Assembly: GCA_002269645.1 (NCBI GenBank)
Contig: NIVC01004382.1
Location: forward strand, 1-47,940
Length of the DNA stretch: 47,940 bases
Source: Macrostomum lignano
Taxonomy: Eukaryota
Reading direction: 5' to 3'
This document shows, one piece after another, positions 10,448-20,519 of this stretch; position 1 is the first letter of the stretch, and the number at the start of each line of letters is the position of its first letter. A program made the translations under genes and the position numbers. The notes under the pieces were generated by a model that saw only the letters and a list, made by a program, of their open reading frames with translations, was not told where the DNA came from and did no database searches.

Positions 10448-11953
10448 ATGGCCTTCGAGCCGACTATGGATAAACAAGCTATTTCTAGGGACGGGGACCC
10501 TTCTAAACCCCAACCTCAGTCCGAAGGACCGGCCGGCCCTGCTGGCAGATCCCAACCGACTGATTCAACTGTGGCAAAGGAAGGACCGGCTGGCTCTGCT
10601 GGCAGATCCGACCAGAGCTACCAAACTCAAAATACCCTAAGACCTGCCAGCTCCGCTGGTGGATCTAAGGGAACCGCGAGCTCTGAGCCTAAAGGACCGG
10701 CCAAATCTGGCAGATCCGATGAAGCTCAGCGGGCTCGGCTTGAGCGCAAACGCGCTAAACAACGCGCCAAAAGGCAGGCCAAGAAGGGAGCTGCGGGGGC
10801 CAAAGCGGCGGCGTCCACCATGGATGCTGAAGCGACTGGAGTCCCAAGGCAACCAGGCGGGCCGGCCGGTGGAAGCTCCAGTAGTTCAGCGGCGGCGCTC
10901 CCTGGAGCTGCTGCCGCGGCTGCTGAGGCCGAAACCACGGCGCAACAAATGGCCACTGCCAACAAGGAGGTTCCTTCGGGAGCTACCTTTGCGGCGAAGG
11001 CCAAGGCCAAAATCCCGGGAGTGATCATCCAAGGTCGCGACCAGGACTGGACCACTGATCAGCTTCAAAAAGTGTGGAGTGCTGTTGACTCCTATCTGAT
11101 TGAGCTGACTGTCGAGGAGGGAATCTCCATCGGCGTTGAGCGGATGGTGCTGCGAAGCACATTCGTTCTTATTGCTCCTAGCAGCGAGGAGGACGCTCGG
11201 CGGCTGCTCCAGCGGCTACCGACGGTCTCCTTGGATGCTGACCTTGGTGGAGCTCTTTTTCTTCGCGAGGGCCAGCGTCCAAAGACGATACCCTATGTGG
11301 TTTTCGTCCCTGCTAAGAGCACCGCAGCTGGACCAGACGTTATTCGCCGGGTCCTACTGCGTCTGAACCCCGACCTCCCTGCTAGTGGACTGGTGTATCA
11401 CCGCAAAGTCCGCAGGGGGGAGACGGGCAACTCAATTGTCCTCGGCCTTTCCAGCACTTGGGCGAGTCGGTACCCTAATGGATCCTCTTTCCAGCTGGGT
11501 GCCCTCAAGCTCAAGTTGCGCCGAGGAAAGTCTGCCAAAGGGAAGGCTACTGCCAACCCCGGCATCTCCGGCAAGAGCGGGGCGCAGTCTAAGGCCCAAA
11601 GAAAGGCGCAAGCCGATCCCAAAGCCAAAGCTGCATCTCGCCCCTCTGCTAGCAGCAGTTCGGCGACCGCGGTAACGGCTCCGGCCGAGCCCCGGGAACC
11701 AAACCTGCCAGTCGGAGAAGGAGTTGAGGACGAGGCCGGGTCTTCGGAATCCGAGCTCTCCTCGGCCACCTTGGTGGGGTCTGAAGGTAAAGATGCAGGT
11801 GAGGAAGCTTCCTCCATCCTGTCATCGGAGCCTGAGGACTCTGCTGGGGGGGCCGGTGGGGGTGAGGAGGCCATGGACGTCGACCAACTCCCATCTCCCA
11901 GTCAAGCCCCAGCGGCCTGGGACGAGGACGATCTGTTGTCCAAGTCTCCTTGA
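10448..11953 (+). CDS. ORF1 of the LINE, 501 aa; low-complexity basic/acidic ends around a folded core resembling DUF4780-type ORF1s of LOA-clade elements
   Basis: First ATG at 10448 (the track starts at an upstream GTG). Core includes TFAAKAK and VLLRLNPDL...SIVLGL...FQLGALKLKL. No CCHC knuckle. The DUF4780 resemblance is from memory and needs an HMM search. Confidence 0.85.
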   Translation: MAFEPTMDKQAISRDGDPSKPQPQSEGPAGPAGRSQPTDSTVAKEGPAGSAGRSDQSYQTQNTLRPASSAGGSKGTASSEPKGPAKSGRSDEAQRARLERKRAKQRAKRQAKKGAAGAKAAASTMDAEATGVPRQPGGPAGGSSSSSAAALPGAAAAAAEAETTAQQMATANKEVPSGATFAAKAKAKIPGVIIQGRDQDWTTDQLQKVWSAVDSYLIELTVEEGISIGVERMVLRSTFVLIAPSSEEDARRLLQRLPTVSLDADLGGALFLREGQRPKTIPYVVFVPAKSTAAGPDVIRRVLLRLNPDLPASGLVYHRKVRRGETGNSIVLGLSSTWASRYPNGSSFQLGALKLKLRRGKSAKGKATANPGISGKSGAQSKAQRKAQADPKAKAASRPSASSSSATAVTAPAEPREPNLPVGEGVEDEAGSSESELSSATLVGSEGKDAGEEASSILSSEPEDSAGGAGGGEEAMDVDQLPSPSQAPAAWDEDDLLSKSP

Positions 11954-11992
11954 TGGCCCTGGGCTCTAGCCAGATATTGCATTTAATACAGT

Positions 11993-14900
11993 ATGACTAA
12001 GCTCCACGCTGCCAAAGGAGCGACATTCTGTCTGCAAATAAATTTACAGCATTGCGTATCTGCGTCAGTAAATCTGATGAAGATTGCTGAGCTGTACAGG
12101 CCAGGCCTCATCCTGATCCAGGAACCCTGGATGCGCAACGGTAAGTTGCCCAACATTCCCTCTGGCTACTCTGATTTTTATGTGTGTGGCCCGGGGAACA
12201 GCCGCCCTAGAGCGGCTATCCTCGCTGCTAGCCATCTCCAGGCTTGGCTGAGGACTGATCTCTCTGATGGAGACCTTTGCGTCATCCAATCTAATCATTT
12301 CTCTCCGCGTACGTGTCTTGTTGCCTCGGTTTATATCCCAGGCGACAGAGACCCTGCTCCCGAGAGTTTACTGCGCCTTGCGCAGTACTGCGAGTCCCAG
12401 AACGCTGAGCTGTGCTTAGGGGGCGACCTCAACGCGCACCACAAGCACTGGGGCAGCAAAGATACCAACACTAGAGGAGAGGAGCTTCTGGCCCTCATCT
12501 CTAACACAAACCTCATGCTCTGCAACCGCGGCAGCACTCCTACCTTTAATAATGGCAGATGGACCGAGGTCCTCGACGCCACACTCGTTACCCCAAGACT
12601 CTTTGACAGAGTCAAGGAGTGGAGAGTCTGGTCTGAGGAGCCCTCCCTGTCTGACCACTGCTTTATCGCCTTTAATATCGCGGACACTAAAACCCAGTCT
12701 CCGATCACTTGGAGACGCAATATCCGCAACACTGATTGGGCGGCCTACAAGGCTGCCCTTGATCTGCACCTGCAGGAACTCACGGACTTACGTCCGATTG
12801 AGACCTGCGAGGATGTGGATCATATGGCTGAGACGCTGACAGGTTGCATTATTGCAGCCTACGAAGCGGCTTGTCCTGCTCGCGCCTACAGAGGCAAGAC
12901 CTCGGCGCCGTGGTGGAACCCGGAGCTGGGGAAACTCAGGCGGAAGGCCAAAAGCCTTCATCGCCGTGCCATGAAGACCGGAAACCCGGAGGACATGGAG
13001 CTTTTCCGGCAAGCCTCCCGCAATTTCAAATCTGAAGTGCGCAAGGCCAAGGAATGTAAGTGGCGCCAATTCTGCAATGAATTGGATCAAGACAGACCTA
13101 CTTCTAGGCTTGTCAAGGCCCTTACAATGGACAAAATGTCCAAATTAGCCATGATCAAAAAAGATGATGGCTCTCTTACTAAAGACCCTGAAGAAGTGCT
13201 TCAGCATATGCTTAGCACATTCTTCCCGAGGGTACCTACTGCTAGACCGGAGCCCAACCATTCGATGGATGGAGCCACCCTAGCGGCGGGCATTGTCACT
13301 GAAGACCTAATCGCTCGTGCGGTCAGAACCTTCAAACCCTTCAAATCTCCTGGACCTGATGGTATCTACCCTGTTCTCCTTCGTGAAGCAGCCAAGATAC
13401 CCTCGTTCCTGAGACTCACCCGCAATCTTATGCGGGCCTCTATCCAGCTGGGATACGTTCCCAAAAGCTGGACTGAAGCTCGAGTAGTCTTTATTCCCAA
13501 ACCTGGGAAGGGTGACTACCAAAGCGTCAATGCCTTCCGGCCAATTAGCTTAACGTCAGCAATGCTTAAGCTCACTGAGAGGCTTATTCTCTGGCGGCTG
13601 CTCTCCTGCGAGCTGACAGCGATGCCCCTCAGCAATAATCAGCACGCCTTCCGTACCGGGAGGTCGACTGACAGCGCCCTGCATGCGATTGTCGAAAAGA
13701 TTGAACGGGCGGTACTGGGTGACGGTTACGCCCTGGCTCTCTTTCTTGACATTGTTGGCGCCTTCGACAACGTTATCTTTGAAGCGTTTCAGAGGGCCCT
13801 TCAAAATCGCAAAGCTCATGCTACCCTCATACGGTGGATCATGTACATGATCTCCAACCGTACGGTCACTGCCCAACTTCTTGGGCAAACTGCCTCCACC
13901 AGAGTCTGTAAGGGTGGACCCCAAGGCGGAGTCCTCACCCCGACGCTCTGGAACCTGGTCATGGACGCTCTTCTGAGTGACTCCCGACCTGACCCCGTCT
14001 TCAAAGTCGGGTATGCTGATGACGTCACGGCCATTGTGGCAGGACCGTCTCCCAGCACGCTCAGGGATCTGATGCAGAGCTTTATCCGCAAAGCAGAATC
14101 CTGGGCCAATGACAATGGTTTGGAACTCTCTGAGCCCAAAACCGTTGCCATTATGTTTACCAGCAGACTACGCTGGAACATACGTCCTCTGCAGCTCTAC
14201 GGCAGAGATATTGCCTTCGCGCACCAGACCAGATGTCTCGGGGTCACACTTGACCACCGGCTCAACTGGTCCTTCCACGTGAAAGCAAAAGCTAAGCGTG
14301 CCTCAGCCATCCTGGCCCAGCTCCGACGAGCACTTGGCACTTCTTGGGGTCTATCCCCAAAGCGGCTTTGGTGGATCTATACTTCCGTAGTTAGACCTGC
14401 CATTACGTACGCCTCTGTTGTCTGGGTTAGCGCTACCCAGGTCAAAAGCCATGCAGACCTGCTCAACACGATCCAAGGCAGAGCGTGTAGGCTCATCTGC
14501 AACGCCACCAGGTCCACGCCCTTTGCTGGCATGGGGGCCTTTCTTAATCTTCCGCCTCTTGACCTCTTCATCAGGGGTGAGGCGGCTAGAACGACGCGGC
14601 GTCTAATTGATGCCGGCGTCAAATTCATTTACATGAGAGCACCTGCTAAGCGGAACCTTGTCCCGCATAGCGATCTGTGCCTCAACTTTCTCAACGAGTG
14701 TCAGGCCAATCGCGTCTTCACCGATGGCATTGCCTCAACGCTCAACCTGAGACAGCGCTACTCCGTAGCTATCGACTCGCGCGATAACATCAATGACCAT
14801 TGGAACCCTGGTGAGCTTCATTGCTACACCGACGGTTCTAAGCAGTCAGCCAACACCGGCTTTGGTGTTGGAATCTTTCTGAACGGGAGGGTCATCGCTA

Positions 14901-15733
14901 CCCACGCTCAATACACTGGGGTCAACTCCAGTGTTTTCCAAAATGAAGTTCTGGCCATCAGCTCCTGCACTGCAGAGCTTCTCGCCACTGGCGTTACTGG
15001 TAAGAACATCATTTTCCATTCGGACAGCCAAGCTGCCTTGCACGCCATCAGTGGCTGCAGCACCAACTCTGCTACAGTCCTTGACTGTATCAAACTCCTC
15101 AATGTGTTGGGTTCCGCCAACAAAATTACCCTTAAGTGGGTTCCGGGGCATGTGGGGATCCGAGGAAATGAGTTGGCTGACACCCTTGCAAAAGTTGGTG
15201 CCTCCGGCTCCTCTCTCGGCCCCGAACCTCTTGTCCCGATTCCTGGCTGTGTCATCGACTCGCGCATCAAAGCGTGGATCAGGACTCAGCACCGCTCGAC
15301 TTGGGCGAACCGCACGAACTGCAGGCAATCCAGAGGCGCTGTCCCTCAGCCCTCTCACCAGCTCCGGAAGCTCCTCTTGCGCCTCTCGCGCAGAGACATC
15401 CGGGCTGCCACCATGACCCTCTCTGGTCACGGCTGCTTCTCCAGGCACCAGTACCTGCAGGGCAACGCCACCAACGCCACCTGTAGTTTCTGCAACTCAG
15501 GTGACGAAACCGCTGAGCATTTCGTCAGCATCTGTCCCGCCTTCACGCGGGCCAGACTCACTTACCTCGGGCCACACACATCTATTACTGAAGCGTGCAA
15601 ACCCGAAAACTTTAATCAGCTCATGCGCTACCTTCGGGCCACCCGCAGGGCTGAACTCTCCTTTCCAGAGAGCACCATAGCTGCTGGCGACACTGGGGGA
15701 CCTCCCTGGGCGGCGCCAACCCTCCGTCCATAG
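11993..15733 (+). CDS. ORF2 of the LINE, 1246 aa: AP endonuclease, reverse transcriptase, RNase H, C-terminal CCHC finger
   Basis: APE: QINLQH, LIQEPW, GDLNAHH..WGS, SDHCFI. RT: SPGPDGI, FRPISL, FLDIVGAFDN, GPQGGVLTPTLWN, YADD, LGVTLD. RNase H: YTDGS, EVLAI, SDSQAAL, WVPGH.GI.GNE.AD. Finger: CSFC-x8-H-x4-C. Confidence 0.97.
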   Translation: MTKLHAAKGATFCLQINLQHCVSASVNLMKIAELYRPGLILIQEPWMRNGKLPNIPSGYSDFYVCGPGNSRPRAAILAASHLQAWLRTDLSDGDLCVIQSNHFSPRTCLVASVYIPGDRDPAPESLLRLAQYCESQNAELCLGGDLNAHHKHWGSKDTNTRGEELLALISNTNLMLCNRGSTPTFNNGRWTEVLDATLVTPRLFDRVKEWRVWSEEPSLSDHCFIAFNIADTKTQSPITWRRNIRNTDWAAYKAALDLHLQELTDLRPIETCEDVDHMAETLTGCIIAAYEAACPARAYRGKTSAPWWNPELGKLRRKAKSLHRRAMKTGNPEDMELFRQASRNFKSEVRKAKECKWRQFCNELDQDRPTSRLVKALTMDKMSKLAMIKKDDGSLTKDPEEVLQHMLSTFFPRVPTARPEPNHSMDGATLAAGIVTEDLIARAVRTFKPFKSPGPDGIYPVLLREAAKIPSFLRLTRNLMRASIQLGYVPKSWTEARVVFIPKPGKGDYQSVNAFRPISLTSAMLKLTERLILWRLLSCELTAMPLSNNQHAFRTGRSTDSALHAIVEKIERAVLGDGYALALFLDIVGAFDNVIFEAFQRALQNRKAHATLIRWIMYMISNRTVTAQLLGQTASTRVCKGGPQGGVLTPTLWNLVMDALLSDSRPDPVFKVGYADDVTAIVAGPSPSTLRDLMQSFIRKAESWANDNGLELSEPKTVAIMFTSRLRWNIRPLQLYGRDIAFAHQTRCLGVTLDHRLNWSFHVKAKAKRASAILAQLRRALGTSWGLSPKRLWWIYTSVVRPAITYASVVWVSATQVKSHADLLNTIQGRACRLICNATRSTPFAGMGAFLNLPPLDLFIRGEAARTTRRLIDAGVKFIYMRAPAKRNLVPHSDLCLNFLNECQANRVFTDGIASTLNLRQRYSVAIDSRDNINDHWNPGELHCYTDGSKQSANTGFGVGIFLNGRVIATHAQYTGVNSSVFQNEVLAISSCTAELLATGVTGKNIIFHSDSQAALHAISGCSTNSATVLDCIKLLNVLGSANKITLKWVPGHVGIRGNELADTLAKVGASGSSLGPEPLVPIPGCVIDSRIKAWIRTQHRSTWANRTNCRQSRGAVPQPSHQLRKLLLRLSRRDIRAATMTLSGHGCFSRHQYLQGNATNATCSFCNSGDETAEHFVSICPAFTRARLTYLGPHTSITEACKPENFNQLMRYLRATRRAELSFPESTIAAGDTGGPPWAAPTLRP

Positions 15734-15843
15734 CGACGCGTCGGCCGTTCAGGGACTAGCGGAATGGGCGCCCACGCCTTCCCGCTGTGTCCCCTCCGGG
15801 ACAGCCCTGCAGCTAAGTCAAGTCAAGTCAAGACATACGGGCG

Positions 15844-17005
15844 CTCACAAAGAGACAGGGAAGTCTACCAAGAGACAGGGGCGCCCACCAAGAGACAGAG
15901 GCGCCAACCAAGAGACAGGAGCGTCTAATCAAGAGACAGGGGCGTCTAACCAAGAGACAGGGGGTCTAACCAAGAGACAGTGGCGTCTACCAAGAGACAA
16001 TGGCGTCTACCAAGAGACAGAGGCGCCAACCAAGAGACAGGGGCGTCTAACCAAGAGACAGGGGGTCTAACCAAGAGACAGTGGCGTCTACCAAGAGACA
16101 ATGGCGTCTACCAAGAGACAGAGGCGCCAACCAAGAGACAGGGGCGTCTAACCAAGAGACAGGGAGTCTAACCAAGAGACAGGGGGTCTAACCAAGAGAC
16201 AGGGGCGCCCACCAAGAGACAGGGGCGTCTAACCAAGAGACAGGGGGTCTAACCAAGAGACAGGGGCGTCTTAACCAAGAGACAGGGGGTCTAACCAAGA
16301 GACAGGGGCATCTACCAAGATACAGGGGGTCTAACAAAGAGACAGGGGCGTCTACCAAGAGACAGGGGCGTCTAATCAAGAGACACTGGACCGGCATCTA
16401 CCAAAAGACAGGGGCGTCTAACCAAGAGACAGGGGCGTCTAACCAAGAGACATGGGCGTCTAACCAAGAGACAGGGGCGTCTAACCAAGAGACAGGGGCG
16501 TCCAACCAAGAGACAGGGGCGTCTAACCAAGAGACAGGGGCGTCCAACCAAGAGACAGGGGCGTCTAACCAAGAGACAGGGGGTCTAACCAAGAGACAGG
16601 GGCGTCTTAACCAAGAGACAGGGGGTCTAACCAAGAGACAGGGGCGTCTTAACCAAGAGACAGGGGGTCTAACCAAGAGACAGGGCATCTACCAAGATAC
16701 AGGGGGTCTAACAAAGAGACAGGGGCGTCTACCAAGAGACAGGGGCGTCTAATCAAGAGACACTGGACCGGCATCTACCAAAAGACAGGGGCGTCTAACC
16801 AAGAGACAGGGGCGTCTAACCAAGAGACATGGGCGTCTAACCAAGAGACAGGGGCGTCTAACCAAGAGACAGGGGCGTCCAACCAAGAGACAGGGGCATC
16901 TAACCAAGACACACGGGCGCCGACAAAGAGACAGGAAGTCTACCAAGAGACAGGGACGCTTTGAGAAAGGGACGCCTACAAAGTGACAGGGGCGTCTACC
17001 AAGAG
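15844..17005 (+). repeat. 21/22-bp satellite ACCAAGAGACAGGGGCGTCTA(A), ~54 units; its first units lie left of the LINE at ~10184-10220
   Basis: Direct tandem repeat with ~100-bp and 377-bp higher-order duplications. Confidence 0.96.
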
Positions 17006-17309
17006 ACAGGACCGCCGAGACAAGACAGCAAATAATGGCGCCCCTTAGGGTTGCAGCCCCTTTAGTTAAAATTCCTACGTACAAAATTACACCACTGCTT
17101 TACAATTATTTTTAACTCTATATTAACTTTCTATTCGTGTACGGACAGATTAAACTGAAGTTTTTCGTGCAACATCGAGTTGGAAAGTCATGCTCGCTGT
17201 TACAAACTGTGTGAGTGAGTGAGTGAGTACCCGTGTGCTTCCTCAGGTTTTGATAAAATGAAATGGGCATTGCGCTAATTGCAACTTCTACAATGCTCAA
17301 TAAACTCAC

Positions 17310-17485
17310 TTCTTGCTAGCTTGGATGTGAATAACCACAAACAAAGCGCCGAGAACGATGTGCAGGCAGCCCACAACCATGTAGATGATGCCAAGCGCCG
17401 GATTGCGACCGCCAGACCAGCTCGAGGTTGTCAGTACGAACGACTTCGTGCCAGAAAAAGCGTTCACCGGATAGGCGTAGTTCAC
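17310..17485 (-). CDS. CDC50: CDC50/TMEM30 exon 3 (second TM helix)
   Basis: CGCAG|GTG AAC acceptor; VNYAYPVNAFSGTKSFVLTTSSWSGGRNPALGIIYMVVG matches the conserved YPV..F.G.K...STTSW.GGKN.FLGI.Y motif. Ends at AA|GTGAGT. Confidence 0.92.
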
Positions 17486-17696
17486 CTGCGACAGATTGAA
17501 GTGGCTTTTGATTATTGAGGTCAATTAAAATTGAATTCTTTTAACAAATCAATTTGAGCTAGATCCATAATATTGAGACGTAATATTAGGCTTGTATCCT
17601 GTCTGACTTGATTTATTTACAGTACTCTATAAAACCTGCTTCAGACCTACTTAAAACTCTTCTTTTGAGACCTTTAACCTCTCAACACAAATTCCA

Positions 17697-18985
17697 TGAG
17701 ACCTGCTCTAAACACACTGTCCTTTGAGACCTGCTTTAAACACACTGTCCTTTGAGACCTGCTTTAAACACACTGTCCTTTGAGACCTGCTCTAAACACA
17801 CTGTCCTTTGAGACCTGCTCTCAACACAATTTCCATTGAGACCTGCTCTAAACACACTGTCCCTTGAGACCTGCTCTAAACACACTGTCCTTTGAGACCT
17901 GCTCTCAACACAATTTCCATTGAGACCTGCTCTAAACACACTGTCCTTTGAGACCTGCTCTAAACACACTGTCCTTGAGACCTGCTCTAAACACAATTTC
18001 CATTGAGACCTGCTCTAAACACACTGTCCTTTGAGACCTGCTCTCAACACAATTCCTTTGAGACCTGCTCTAAACACACTGTCCATTGAGAACTGCTCTA
18101 ACACATTGTCCTTTGAGACCTGCTCTAAACACACTGTCCTTTGAGACCTGCTCTAACACACTGTCCTTTGAGACCTGCTCTCAACACAATTTCCATTGAG
18201 ACCTGCTCTAAACACACTGTCCTTTGAGACCTGCTCTCAACACAATTTCCATTGAGACCTGCTCTAAACACACTGTCCTTTGAGACCTGCTCTAACACAT
18301 TGTCCTTTGAGACCTGCTCTAAACACACTGTCCTTTGAGACCTGCTCTAAACACACTGTCCTTGAGACCTGCTCTAAACACACTGTCCTTGAGACCTGCT
18401 CTAAACACACTGTCCTTGAGACCTGCTCTAAACACAATTTCCATTGAGACCTGCTCTAAACACACTGTCCTTTGAGACCTGCTCTCAACACAATTCCTTT
18501 GAGACCTGCTCTAAACACACTGTCCATTGAGAACTGCTCTAAACACACTGTCCTTGAGACCTGCTCTAAACACAATTTCCATTGAGACCTGCTCTAAACA
18601 CACTGTCCTTTGAGACCTGCTCTAAACACACTGTCCTTTGAGACCTGCTCTAAACACACTGTCCTTTGAGACCTGCTCTCAACACAATTTCCATTGAGAC
18701 CTGCTCTCAACACAATTTCCATTGAGACCTGCTCTAAACACACTGTCCTTTGAGACCTGCTCTCAACACAATTTCCATTGAGACCTGCTCTAAACACACT
18801 GTCCTTTGAGACCTGCTCTCACACACTGTTGCCTGAGACCTGCTCTCACACACTGTTGCCTGAGACCTGCTCTCACACACTGTTGCCTGAGACCTGCTCT
18901 CACACACTGTTGCCTGAGACCTGCTCTCACACACTGTTGCCTGTGACCTGCTCTCACACATTGCTCCCTGAGACCGGCTCTCAGA
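17697..18985 (+). repeat. ~29-31-bp minisatellite TGAGACCTGCTCTAAACACACTGTCCTT(T), alternating with the variant TGAGACCTGCTCTCAACACAATTTCCAT, ~43 units, in CDC50 intron 2
   Basis: Direct tandem repeat. Confidence 0.95.
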
Positions 18986-19180
18986 ACACTTCTTGAAGCT
19001 TACTGAAAACCTCCTTGAGACTCGCTCACGGCTCAAGACTCTCCACCTTTGGACTTGTTTACTACATTCAGGAATTGTTTGTGTCTCAAGAATCATTTAA
19101 AATTCGTCAAGACCAGCCCACGACACAATACGTTAAGACTCTCTAAAGTTCCCTCCCGATGCAGTCCCCGCGGAACCAAC

Positions 19181-19798
19181 CAGCAAAGTGTAGTTCCCAC
19201 TCGGCAGGCCATCCTTGAACCAGTCTGCAGCGCTGCTGGCGTTGTGCAGCACAATTCTGTGCAGCTTGCGAAACGAAGGCAGAGCGGCAGTCCGCATCCA
19301 CACGATCAGCTCCTCGTCACCTTGGAAGCTGTCTGCACTTCTCTGCTCCGGCGACAGTCTCCAATTTGGCGGCTTCGACGTACCCGTGAAATTATTCACC
19401 CGACCAAATTTCCTTTCCCGATCGCTGGCCCAGGAAATTCCCCGGCTAGTCCATGGAACTTCCACGGCCAAGTCGGCCCCGGCGGTTGGCGAATGGTAGA
19501 ACAGCTGGAAGGTGTCGTTGAACAGGCTGTTGGCGATGGCGCCGCAGGGCAGGATCCAGCTGCCGGAGCCGGGGTCCTGCCGGTACGGGCTGCAGTCCTG
19601 CAGAGGCTCCTCGCTGCCGGGCTTCCAGCCCAGCAGCTGGCTGTCGTCGCGGCTCTTCACGTAGCGTCGATGATTTTGATAGAAATTGGTAAGGGCGTAG
19701 TAAGCGAACACCTGGCCCGTGAGGTTGTCGGGCAGATGGATTGACATGTTGCACACGCAGGGTGGGCGCAGCCATCGGTAGTAGTCGGGCTTGTTGGC
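19181..19798 (-). CDS. CDC50: CDC50/TMEM30 exon 2 (exoplasmic domain)
   Basis: TTTCAAG|GCC acceptor, phase 0. Contains YYALTNFYQNHRRYVKSRDDSQL, PCGAIANSLFNDTF and DEELIVWMRTAALPSFRKL. Donor CTG|GTTGGT gives GNYTLL|VNYAYPV. Confidence 0.95.
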
Positions 19799-19834
19799 CT
19801 TGAAATACGGGTTAAGAAGCTGGGGCTTTTTTAC

Positions 19835-20148
19835 CTATTTCAGCACCTATCTGACACTCATTTCAGCATCTCTGACACTCATTTCAGCACCTACTGGTAT
19901 CAGACACTCATTTCAGCATCTATCTGACACTCATTTCAGCACCTATCTGACACTCATTTCAGCACCTATCTGACACTCATTTCAGCATCTATCTGACACT
20001 CATTTCAGCACCTATCTGACACTTATTTCAGCATCTATCTGACACTTATTTGAGCACCTATCTGACACTCATTTCAGCATCTATCTGAAACTCATTTCAG
20101 CACCTATCTGACACTCATTTCAGCACCTATCTGACACTCATTTCAGCA
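19835..20148 (+). repeat. 23-bp minisatellite ATTTCAGCACCTATCTGACACTC, ~13 units, filling most of CDC50 intron 1
   Basis: Direct tandem repeat. Confidence 0.95.
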
Positions 20149-20180
20149 ATTTTTAAAACAGGTTTCCTCTGCAATTTTAC

Positions 20181-20519
20181 CTGTTCCAAGCAGGAGATGC
20201 CGCTGGCGTCCCGACAGTTGGTATAATTGAACTCGGCCTCCTTCACCGACTGTGAGGCTGTGAACAGCACCGCCCCGATGGGTACGAAAGCCGCGCCGAC
20301 TAGAAAGAAAAGCGGAAAAACCGACCGAGCGGTTAGTAGCGGTTGCCAAGCCGGCAGCTTTTGTTGATGAAATTTCGAATCGCTGGGCTTGCGAAGCGGC
20401 GGCGACGGCTTCTCTTCATTGTCGGCCCCGGCGTCGGCGTCGGGGTACTGCGGCGGCGGTGGCGGCCCGCCAGAAGAGTGCGCTTGCATCTCGTGTTGGG
20501 TGCGCTTGTTCGCGGCCAT
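20181..20519 (-). CDS. CDC50: CDC50/TMEM30 exon 1 (N-terminus, first TM helix)
   Basis: ATG at 20519; KPSDSKFHQQKLPAWQPLLTA...FVPIGAVL...YTNC is the conserved CDC50 N-terminus. Donor CAG|GTAAAA, phase 0. Confidence 0.94.

Larger units (their letters stand above)
10221..15828 (+). mobile_element. Full-length, apparently intact non-LTR retrotransposon (copy 2; LOA/Lian-like, APE-RT-RNase H)
   Basis: TSD CAAGACATACGGGCG at 10206-10220 and 15829-15843; 227-nt 5' UTR; two uninterrupted ORFs; short 3' UTR; tail TAAGTCAAGTCAAGTC(AAG). Confidence 0.96.

Noticed and set aside
15844-17005. CRISPR-like array next to a reverse transcriptase
   Set aside because: Units are contiguous with no unique spacers, there are no cas genes, the context is eukaryotic, and the TSD shows the array predates the LINE.
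15729-17005. Idea that the LINE RT synthesised the downstream array, telomerase-style
   Set aside because: Array units and the TSD are also present 5' of the element (10184-10220), and an uninterrupted equivalent site exists at 16903-16955.
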